This document shows positions 15,001 to 27,000 of a DNA stretch of 64,000 bases, piece after piece. The notes below the pieces were generated by a model. That model was not told the DNA's origin. It saw only the letters and a program-made list of their open reading frames with translations, and did no database searches. The stretch covers positions 1,344,001-1,408,000 of the forward strand of contig CBDCDS010000003.1 in assembly GCA_965215365.1 (NCBI GenBank), read 5' to 3'. Position 1 is the first letter of the stretch; each line of letters opens with the position of its first letter. This DNA is from Gammaproteobacteria bacterium (GTDB taxonomy: Bacteria > Pseudomonadota > Gammaproteobacteria > Eutrophobiales > Eutrophobiaceae). The position numbers were made by a program, and so were the translations under genes.

Positions 15001-18000
15001 TGCCGATGTCACGGTACAGGCGGCCACCTCGAACGGCACGGCCACGGCAGGCAGCGACTACACGGCGAAGACGGCGACATTAACCATTGCAACCGGCAGC
15101 ACCAGCGCCACGTTTGACGTGGTCACCACCGACGATGCGGCGGTGGAAGGCACCGAGACTTTCAAGGTAATCCTGACTAACCCGTCTAAGGCCACGCTCA
15201 AAAAAGACGGCGACACCGCCACCGGCAGCGTTTACGACGGCGACGGCGGGACGCTCTTCGATGTGCCCGAGACCGACTCGTCTGTCAGCCTCACCAACGG
15301 CACCAACCCTGGGGGTGTGTGGTACTGGAATAAGACGCGTGACGCCAGCCTTAATAACCACAATGACAATGCCTATGGCGTGGGTGATAGCACCGGTGGC
15401 GGTAATGGCGCGTATCTCGAATACACCTTTACCGGCACCGGGGTGGACTTTATCTCACAGAGAGGCCCGAACCACGGTGATGTGGACATCCATATCGACA
15501 ACACCAAGGTGGCCACCGTGAGCTTGTACCAAAGCGGCAGCGCCGCCGGCAATTACGTCGCCTACAGCGCGCGCGACCTGACCCCCGGGGAGCACACCAT
15601 CCGGGTGACTAAGAAGTCCGGCAACTACCTGATCGTGGATGCTTTTACTGTGTATGGAATCCCCTTGAGCTTCGTCACCTGGCACCAGCCTTATGATCTG
15701 CGTTACGTGAAGGATACGGCGATATTGGCGCCGGTGCGGCTGCCGCGGGTGAGTGGCGGTACGGGTATGGTGGTCTATACCTTGTCGCCGGAACTGCCGA
15801 CGGGACTGAAATGGGACGCCAAGGAGCGCACCATCTCAGGCGCCCCCACTGTGAACAAGAGGTACACGCGCTACACCATGACGGCGACCGACGAAGCCGG
15901 TGTTACCGCCACCTATCCCTTCAACCTGACGGTGGCCGATACGGATAACAAGCCCAGCTTCGGCACCAAGACGCAGGCCGACCTGCTGTTAGTCAAAGAC
16001 ACGGCCATGACCGCGGTGACGTTGCCGGAGGCCAGTGGCCTCCACCGCCCGCTGACCTATCAGTTATTGCCGTTGAAGTGGAGCAACCTGAGCTACAACC
16101 AGAACAAGGACCGGGAGAGCAACCAACCCTTAGACTACGCCGGGGTGGCCAACCTGCCGGCGGGGCTCAGCTTTAATGCCGGCACACGGGTGCTGTCGGG
16201 CACACCCACTGAGAACTGGACACGCGCGCTCTATACCTTAGTCGCCACAGACACCGATGGCGACACGGCAGCGCTGAACTTCCATGTGGCAGTGGTGACC
16301 GCACTGACCCCGGCCACCGGCCCGAGTACCCTGGAGGTGTGGACGGACGATGCGCTCAAGCATGTCAACCGAGATGCCACCAAGCCGAACTCGCCGTCGA
16401 CAGACATCGCCTTACATGCGGCGCGCAATGAGTACGAGAACGGCCAGATAGTGCTACGCAGTGATGCGGATTTGACCATTACCGAAGTGGCGTTTAGTGA
16501 CCTCACCAGCGGCAGCAACACGATTGCCGCCAAGGATAACCTTGACTACCGGTTTGTAGAATACCACTCGCCGGTGATGCCGACCCGGGCGACCGATGTA
16601 CTCTACGCGGCCAATAATCGCCCTGATCCCTTATCCAATGCCCGCTCGATTGTGGTGCCGGCGAACGTCACCCAACCCATCTTAGTGACGGCGTATGTCC
16701 CCAAGGGGCAGGCGGCGGGCACTTATGCCGGCGATGTGACGGTCAAGACCACCCAGGGGGACAAGACCGTGCGGCTGAGAGTGAAGGTCTATGCGGTAGA
16801 GATTCCCGACGCTAAGGCCAGCGAGTTCTTACAGTACAACTGGACGGAGACGAACATGTACTCCGTGCGCAATGATGAGGACATGGGCTTTTCGTACTAC
16901 GGGATTTATAAGTACTCCGATGACTGGTGGGACTTAATGGGCAACATGGCCGACACCATGTCCAAGCATCGTCAGAACATGACCATTGCCTGGACGGTGG
17001 CACTGCTGCGCGACGGCGGCAGTAAGGCCAAGTCCAATGGCACGTATGAGTGGGAGTGGGGGCTGTTCGATAAGTTCATCGACACTTATAACCAGGGTGG
17101 CATGTCGCATTTCGGTGGTGGGCATTTGTCGTTCCACTGGGAGGGCGGCAAACCGCGCAGTTGGGATGCTGCTCGGCATTTCGAGGTGGCGATGCTCGCG
17201 CCTGACGCGAACGGTGAGACGCGCATCGGCGGTGCCGTGGTGCCGACCTCGACGAGCAATGCCGACGACGAGCGCACGGTGGCCCGGGATTGGCTCAATG
17301 CTTATCTGCCGGAGCTGGACAAACATATTGCTGCGAAGGGCTTACTCGGCGGTGCCAAGCTGCGTGATAAGTGGTTCCAACATCTTGGCGATGAGCCGGG
17401 CGGCAGCACTGATATCCAACAATGGGCGTATATGGCAGACACGCTCAAGGACAACGCGCCCAAGATACGTAATTTAGATGCAGCTCAGACCAGTGTCGGG
17501 GGGCTTTTGCAGGCTGCCAATGCGGCCCGGGTGAATGCTTGGAGTCCTTACCTGATCGAGTTTGACAAGCGCAAAACCTTATTTGCTGACCAGCAGGCGC
17601 TCGACAAGCCGGTGTTTGTCTATGTGATGTACACCCCCAGGGACAAGAACGACTATAACCGCCTGTTCAACAACCATCTGGTATCGACTTCCACGCTGTA
17701 TTGGTATTACTTCCGCCATAATGTGGACGGCAATTTGCACTGGGCGCTGAACGTCTGGTCCATCGGGCCGGCGGGCGGCTCTGAAGGCGATACCCACATC
17801 GTCTATCCGGACATCGGCGGGCGCACGCTGCGCTCATCGCTGCGCTATGAAGCTGAGCGCGGCGGGCTGGAGGACTTGGAGCTATTAAAGCTGTACAAGA
17901 AGACCTCTGCCAGCGCCGCCAACACACTGGCCGAGAAGCTCACCGGTACGGGTGATCGCACCAACCACAACAAGGATGTGTCAACGTACCGCACTGTGCG

Positions 18001-21000
18001 TGCAGAGTTGCTGGAGGCTGTGGCGCAGGGGCAGGCGCCCACAGGGCTGACTGCAACGCCAAGCGACAAGCAGGTGACGCTCACCTGGGTCGCCTCCTCC
18101 AACAGCGCCATCACCAAGTACCAGTATCGCCAAGGCACCGGCAGTCCCGTCAAATGGGACGATTGGACGGACATTCCCAGCAGCTCGGCCACCACCACCT
18201 CACACACTGTGAAGGGCCTGACCAACGGCACACAGTACAGTTTTGAGGTCCGCGTCGTGGTCAGGACGGCAACCGGCTTGGCCTCGGACATCGTGTCCGC
18301 TACGGCGGGAGTTTACGAACTATCGATTAACAACGTGGCGGTATTAGAAGGCCGCACGGCGCGTTTCACGGTGAGCTTATCTGCGGCATACACCGCCGCC
18401 GTCACAGTACAGGCGGCCACCTCGGATGGCACGGCCACGGCGGGCAGCGACTACACGGCCAAGACGGTGACATTAACCATTGCGACCGGCAGCACCAGTG
18501 CCACGTTTGATGTGGCCACCAGCGCTGACGACGCAGTAGAAGGCACCGAGACCTTCGAGGTGGCCCTGACCGGCCCGACCAATGCCACGCTCAAGACAAA
18601 CAGTGACACCGGCACGGGCACCCTTTACGACGGCGATGGCGGGACGCTCTTCGATGTGCCTGAGACTGACTCGTCTGTCAGCCGCAACGACGGGGGCGGG
18701 AGAGAGTGGTATTGGAATGGGAATCGTTCGGGCTTTAATAACTACGGAGACAATATCTACGCCATTGGCAGTAGCAGTGGTGCCGGTAACGGCGCCTACC
18801 TGGAATACACCTTTACCGGCACCGGGGTGGACTTTATCTCACAGATTGGTCCTAACCACGGTGATGTGGACATCCATATCGACGGTACCAAGGTGGCCAC
18901 CGTGTCCTTGTACCAAAGCGGCAGCACCACGGGCAAACACGTGGCCTACAGCGTGCGCGACCTGACCCCCGGGGAACACACCATCCGGGTGACCAAGCAG
19001 TCCGGTAAATACCTCGTGGTGGATGCTTTTACGGTGTATGGCACCCCCTTGGACTTCATCACCTGGCACTTGCCCCCTGAGCTGCGCTATGTGAAGGATA
19101 CGGCCATCCTGGCCCCGACCCGACTGCCTCGGGTCGGCAACGGCGCGGGGACGGTGACTTATGCCTTATCACCGGTGCCACCCACGGGCCTGAAGTGGGA
19201 TGCTAAGGAACGCACGATTTCAGGCACCCCCACCGCAGATAAGGCGCGCACGCAATACACCATGACGGCGACCGACAAGGCTAGTAGTACCGCCACCTAT
19301 ACCTTCCACCTGACGGTAGCGGCCGCGGATAACAAGCCCACCTTCGGCAGTAAGACGCAAGCCGACCTGTTACTGGAGAAGGATGCGCTGATGACCGCGG
19401 TCACACTGCCGGTGGCTACGGGCGGCGATGGCACGCTGACCTATCAGTTATTGCCGTTGAAGTGGAGTAACATGGGCTACAACCAGGGGGTACGAGAGAA
19501 CAACCAACCCTTGGACTACGCCGGGGTGGCCAACCTGCCGGCGGGTGTGAGCTTCAATGCCACCACGCGCGTCCTCTCGGGCACACCCACGGCGAACTGG
19601 ACACGCGCGCTCTATACCTTAGTCGCCACGGATGCCGACGGCGACACGGCGACGCTGAGCTTCCATGTGGCGGTGGTGCCCGCACTGACCCCGGCCACCG
19701 GCTCGAGCGCCCTGGAGGTATGGACGGATGATGCGCTGAGCCATGTCAACCGCGATGCCACCAAGCCCAATTCCCCGTCGACGGACATTGATTTACATGC
19801 GGCGCGCAATGAATATGAGAGCGGCCAGATAGTGCTGCGCAGCGATGCGGATTTGACCATTACCGAGGTGGCGTTTGACGACCTGACCGATGGCAGCAAC
19901 ACGATTGCTAAGACCCACCTTGACTACCGGTTTGTAGAATACCACGTGCCGGTGATGCCGACCCGGACGACCCAGCTGCTCTACCCGGCCGATAATCGTC
20001 CTGATCCGTTGTCCAATGCCCGCTCGATTGTGGTGCCGGCGAACGTCACCCAACCCATCTTAGTGACGGCGTATGTCCCCAAGGGGCAGGCGGCGGGGAC
20101 GTACACCGGCGATGTGACGGTCAAGGTCAAGACGGCGCAGGGAAATCAGACCAAGACCGTGCCCTTGAGCGTGAAGGTCTATGCGGTGCAGATTCCCGAT
20201 GCCAAGGACAGCGAGTTCTTACAGTACAACTGGACGGAGACAAACATGTACTCTATCCGCAATGAAGAGGACATGGGGCGCTCGTACTACGGGATTGACA
20301 AGTACTCCGATGACTGGTGGGACTTAATGGGGAACATGGCCGACACCATGTCCAAGCATCGTCAGAACATGACCATTGCCTGGACGGTGGCACTGCTGCG
20401 CGACGGCGGCAGTAAGGCCAAATCCGATGGCACGTATGAGTGGGACTGGCGGCTGTTCGATAAGTTCATTGACACTTATAACCAGCGCGGCATGACCCAC
20501 TTCGGCGGCGGGCATTTGGCGATGCGCTGGAACGGGCAGCCGGGGAGTTACGATGCGGCCTTGGATTACCAGGTGGGGTTGCTGTCTCGCGACGAAAACG
20601 GTGAGACGCGCATGGGTGGCGAGAAGATTCCGCTCTCGATATTATTTGAATTTTTGTATCCCGACGCTCGGGCCTGGCTGGATGCCTATCTGCCGGAATT
20701 GGACACCCATATTGCGGCCAAGACCTTGGTCGGCGGTGCTAAGCTGCGCGATAAGTGGTTCCAACATCTCGGTGATGAGCCGAAGTCGAGTCAACTCCCG
20801 CAATGGGCGTATATGGCGGACATCCTCAAGGGCAACGCGCCCAAGATACGTAATTTAGATGCAGCTCAGACCAGTGTCGGGGGGCTTTTGCAGGCTGCCA
20901 ATGCGGCCCGGGTGAATGCTTGGAGTCCTTACCTGATCGAGTTTGACAAGCGCAAAGACAAATTTGCTAAACAGCAACAGGCCGACAAGCCGGTGTTTGT

Positions 21001-24000
21001 CTATGTGATGTACACCCCCAGGGACAAGAACGACTATAACCGCCTGTTCAACAACCATCTGGTATCGACTTCCACGCTGTATTGGTATTACTTCCGCCAT
21101 AACTTAGACGGCAATCTGCACCGGGCGTTGAACGTCTGGTCCATCGGGCCGGCGAGCGGTGCCGAAGGCGATACCCACATCGTCTATCCGGACATCGGCG
21201 GGCGCACCCTCAGGTCATCGCTACGCTATGAAGCTGAGCGCGGCGGGCTGGAGGACTTGGAGCTGTTGAAGCTGTATAAGGCGACCTCTGCCAGCGCGGC
21301 CAACACACTGGCCGAGAAGCTCACCACCACGACCCGCACCAACCACAACAAGAATGTATCGAAGTACCGCACCGTGCGTACCGAGTTGCTGAAGGCTGTG
21401 GCTGTGGCCGTCCCCGCCGTCACCGCCACCGCCACCGATACCGCCGCCACCGAAGACGACACCAGCGCCACGGCCACTTTCACGGTGGTACTCGACACCG
21501 AGCCGTCCGCCGACGTCACCGTCACCGTCACCGCGCCCACGGGCTTAGATCTCGACGGCCCGGACAGCGCGAAGACCTTCACCTCCAGTGAAGACCTCAC
21601 CTTCACCGATAGCACCTGGAGCACCGCCCAGACGGTCACCGTGCGCGCCCCCGACGACAGCACCGACAGCCCCAGTCAACGGGAACTGACCGTCACCTAC
21701 GCCGCCACCTCGACCGACACCGATTACAGTGGCCTTAACGGCACTGCCGCCACCGTCACCGTCACGGATAATGACGCCACTGAGGTGACCTTGGCCGGTA
21801 GCGCCGGGGATGTCACCGAGGGCGGCACCAAGGAGTTCACGGTCAAGTTAAACCGCGGCTTGGTCAACGGCGAGGTCCTGCCTGTGCCGCTGACGGTTGC
21901 CACCGGTAATGGCACGGCGACTCGCAACACCGACTACACAATAGCTTGCCCCAACGCGCCGCCCGTCGGCGTGACGTGTAATGACCTGAACACTGCGACC
22001 ACTCCCACCGTGACCTTCACCGGCCCCTCCACCGGCGCCACCGCCACTGAGATCACCTTGACCCTCACCGCAACGACCGATTCCATCGCCGAAGCTGGCG
22101 GGGAGTCCGTCACCCTTGGCCTCGGCACGCTTAACACCAGCTCTGGCACCGGCTTGGACGGCGGCGCTTTGGGCACCGACAGTCTGGCGGACTTCACCAT
22201 CTTCGACCCGGCCATCGCTCTGGCCGCCCCCACCAGCTTCACCGCCACGCCGGGCGACAAGCAGGTGACGTTGAGCTGGGATGATCCGTCCAACAGCGCC
22301 ATCACCAAGTATCAGTATCGCCAGGGCACCGGCACGACCGTTGTCTGGGGTGGCTGGAAGGACATCCCCAACAGCGATGCCGATACCGCCTCGTACACGG
22401 TAACGGGCTTAACCAACGGTACCGCCTACAGCTTCCAGGTGCGCGCGGTCGCCGGCACCACCCTCGGCGCGGCCTCGGCCACCGTCACCGCCACCCCTAA
22501 TACCGAGGCGCAGGCGCAGACCGTCACGTTCGTAAGCAATCTGGATAGCTCACGCGACGATGCTAATCCATATGACGTGCGCCAAGCGCAATCCTTCACT
22601 ACGGGTGCTGAAAGTGCCGGCTATCTCCTGTCGTCCGTCCGCATCTATCTCCATGGAGATGCCTCTGGCAGTGGGACCCCTGTGGTCGTCATCCGCGCAA
22701 ACAGCAGTGGCGACCCCGGTGACATCTTCGTCACCCTGACCAACCCGGGCAGCTTTTCCAGTAGTGCGGGCCTGGCCACCTTCACCGCCCCGGCCGACAC
22801 GACGCTCGCCGCGAGCACCACCTACTGGGTGGTCATCAACGACTCAGGCGGTAGAAAGCTTTCCTGGCAGGCGGCCGACAGCAACACATCTACGGGACAG
22901 TCCGGCTGGAGCATGGGTGCTTCAAAGTATCGAGCTAGTGACTCTTGGAAAACTAGTGGCGCATATCTATCAATGGACCTCCGCGGCACGTTCAAAACGA
23001 CCACCCCCGCCAACACCGCCCCCACAGTGGCCAATACCATCCCCGACCAGGAGGCACTCACCGGCCAGGCCTTCAGCTACCAGTTCCCGGCCAATACCTT
23101 CAACGATGCCGACAGTGGCGACACGCTCACTTACACTGCCACGCTGCTCAGCGGCACGGCGCTGCCCGCCTGGCTGAAATTTGCCCCCGACACCCGCACT
23201 TTCTCTGGCACACCGAAACAGATAAACGTCGGCAAGTTTACGGTGAAGGTCACCGCCACAGACGGCGACGCCGCTTCGATCAGCGACAATTTTGTTATTA
23301 CCGTGACGCGCACAGAGGCCACGGTACAGTTCTCGCAGGCAACCAATTCCATTACCGAGGGCAACGCCGCCACCGTGACCCTGCAACTGTCCAAGGCGGT
23401 GGCCAAAGTGGTGGACATCTACCTCAAGGTCACTGCCGGCACTGCCACTTCGGGCACCGACTACACCGCCGGCACGGTGACCGCGCCCGACAGCACCGCC
23501 GGCACCTACAGGGTCACTATTGCGGCGAGTGCCACCTCGGGCTCAGTGAGCATCCCCACGACTGACGACTCGGCCTTCGAGGGCAGCGAGTCCTTCACTT
23601 TGAGCATCCATCAGATTGCCAGCGACAGTGTCATCGGGCGCGGCACCGCCACCACGCAAACCGTGACCATCGAGGACAACGAGCCAACCGTGGTGTTATC
23701 ACAAACGAGCCGCACGGTCACCGAGGCCACCGGCAGCGGGCGCACCGCACAATACACCGTCAAGCTGCCCGCCCAGCCCACGGCCGATGTCACCGTCGCG
23801 GTGGCTAGTGCTGCGGTCACCGTGGCCACGGTGTCCCCCACCAGCCTGACCTTCACTGACAGCACTTGGAGTACGGCGCAAACCGTCACCGTCACCGCCG
23901 TGGACGATAACCTCTACCAGAGCACCGACCGCACCACGACTATCACCCATACACCGTCCTCGACCGACACCCGCTTCACGAGCGGCCCCCACCCCAGCGT

Positions 24001-27000
24001 GGCCGTCACCGTCACTGATGATGAAACGCCGGCGGCCCCGGACGCCCCGACCGGCCTGACGGCCATGGCGGGCGACGCTGATGTCGCCCTGAGCTGGACT
24101 GACCCGAGCAACGCCAGCATCACCGAGTACGAATACCAGCAGCGCACCGGCACTGGCAACTGGGGTAATTGGACGGATTTCACCAGCGCTGCCGACACCA
24201 CGACCCACACGGTGACGAACTTGACCAACGGCACGGAGTACGACTTCCGAATCCGCGCCGTTAACGCGGGCGGGAACAGCGCTGCGTCGGACGTCGTGAC
24301 CGCCACCCCGCTGGCGGCGACCGCCCCCAGCAAGCCACGGAACCTGAGGGCCGAGCCGGGCGGCGGGCAGGTCGTTCTGAATTGGCGTGCCCCCGGAACT
24401 AATGCTGACGCGATCACGAAGTACCAGTACCGCCGAGGCTCGGGCGACCCCTTCGTCTGGGCAGCGTGGGCGGACGCCTCCGGCACCACCACCCACACAG
24501 TGACGGGTCTGACGAACGGCACACAATACCGCTTCCAGGTGCGCGCGGTGGCGAGCGCGGTGTTCGGCGCGGCGTCGGACACCGTGGAAGCGACTCCCAA
24601 CCCGAAACCGGCCGCCCCGACGAACTTCACGGCTGTAACGGGGGATAAAAGCGGCGAGGTGGACTTGAGCTGGACGGCCCCGACCGGCACCATCACCAGG
24701 TATGAACACCGCCGCCGCCCGGTCGGGGGCAACTGGCCACAAATCTGGACCCCTTTGAATATCCCCAGTGCCACCAGATTCACGGCGGGGAGCCTGACGG
24801 ACGGCACGGAATACCAGTTCGAGCTGCGCGCCGTTAACGATTCGGGTGCGGGCGCCACCGCCAGCGCGACCGCGACCCCGCTGAACCCGAGCGCCCTGGC
24901 CGCCCCGACCGGCTTCACGGCCGCGGCGGGGGATGCCAGCGGCGAGGTGGACTTGAGCTGGACCGCCCCGACCGGCACCCTCAGCGGCTACCAGTACCGC
25001 CGGGGTATGGGTAGTCCTCTGGTCTGGGTGGCGTGGACGGACATCGCGAACAGCGCCGCCCTGACCAGCTATACGGTGACGGGTCTGACGGACGGCACGG
25101 CCTACAGCTTCCAGATCCGCGCAGTCAGCGGGACGGGCGGCTCGACGGTGCTCGGTGCAACCTCAGGCACCGCCACCGCCACGCCGTCCGCCCCGGGCAA
25201 CACCGCCCCGACGGTGGCCAATGCCATCCCCAACCAGCCGGCGTTCACCGAGCAGGCCTTCAGCTACCAGTTCCCGGCCGATGCGTTCACCGACGCCGAT
25301 AACGACGCGCTCACTTACCGCGCCACGCAGGGCGACGGCACGGCACTACCGAACTGGCTGACCTTTACCAAAGCCACCCGCACCTTCTCCGGCACGCCGA
25401 CCGCGGCCGGCACGCTGACAGTCAAGGTCACCGCCGCTGACGGCAACGGCGGCACGGTCAGCGACGAGTTCGATATCACCGTGACCGTGAGCAAGCGCCT
25501 GCCGTTGACCTTAGCCGCCATCGCCACGGACAACACCATCAACATCGCCGAGAAAGCCGCCGGCTTTGCGATTACCGGCGCCACCGGCACCGAGGGCGGG
25601 GCGACCGTGACGGTGACGGTGGGCAGCGGGACGTTGACCACCACCTCGGCCACCTCGGGCACGGTCGGTGCCTGGTCGGTCAGTGTGCCGGGCAATCAGT
25701 CCTACATCACCGGCACGTCCGTGGCCGTCGCGGTCGATGCCACCAAGTCCGGGCTGGCCGATGCCACGCAACAGGCCCGCACGTTGACTGTGGACTTGGT
25801 CAAGCCCACCGCCACCTACACCGCGCCGGGCAGCTTGCAGGTGGGCACGGCCATTACCGACATCGCTCCGACCAACCCCAGCGCCGACATCAAGACCGGC
25901 GGCTACACGGCGAGCGCCCTGCCGGCGGGCCTGGAGATAAACGCCAACACCGGCGAGATTACCGGCACGCCGACCACGGCCAAGACCGCCACCACCACCG
26001 CCACGGTGACGCTCGAAGATACCGCCGGTAACACCAATGAGGTTGACATTGACTTCCCGGCGGTCACTAAGGGCGCGCAGACCTTGGCCGGCCTGGCCTA
26101 CGCCCCGAGCGCGGCGGGCGTGGGCGCGAAGGTAGACCTGACCGCACCCACGGTGTCCCCGGCGGCGAGCGGTGCCCGCGGCGCTATCACCTACAACACT
26201 GGCGATGCGACCGTCTGCACGGTCGACACCACCACCGGGACGCTGACCCTCAAGAAGGTGGGCACCTGCGTGGTCACCGCCACCGCCGCCGGGGATGCCA
26301 ACTACGACGCCGCCACCGACACGTTCACCGTGACCGTGCAGGCGAACCTGCCGTTGACCCTGGCCGCCATCGCCGGCGATGACACCATCAACATCGCCGA
26401 GAAGACCGCCGGCTTTACCATCACCGGCACCACCGGCACGGTCAGTGGGGCGTCCGTCACGGTCACGGTGGGCAGCACTGCGTTGACGGCCGTCACCTCG
26501 GGCAACGACGGCACCTGGTCGGTCAGTGTGCCGGGCAATCAGTCCTACATCACCGGCACGTCCGTGGCCGTCGCGGTCGATGCCACCAAGTCCGGGCTGG
26601 CCGATGCCACGCAAGCGACCCGCACGTTGACTGTGGACTTGGTCAAGCCCACCGCCACCTACACCGCGCCGGGCAGCTTGCGGGTGGGCACGGCGGTGAC
26701 CGTGACCCCGACCAACCCCAGCGCCGACATCAAGACCGGCGGCTACACGGCGAGCGCCCTGCCGGCGGGCCTGGAGATAAACGCCAACACCGGCGAGATT
26801 ACCGGCACGCCGACCACGGCCAAGACCGCCACCACCACCGCCACGGTGACGCTCGAAGATAATGCCGGTAACACCGCCGAGGTCACGATTAACTTCCCGG
26901 CCGTGGCCAAGGGCACACAGACCTTGGCCGGCCTGGCCTACGCCCCGAGCGCGGCGGGCGTGGGCGCGACGGTAGACCTGACCGCACCCACGGTGTCCCC

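Noticed and set aside
226-19040. Diversity-generating retroelement as the source of the variable CBM-like loops
   Set aside because: No reverse transcriptase or template repeat is in the window, and the variation includes indels rather than adenine-specific substitutions.
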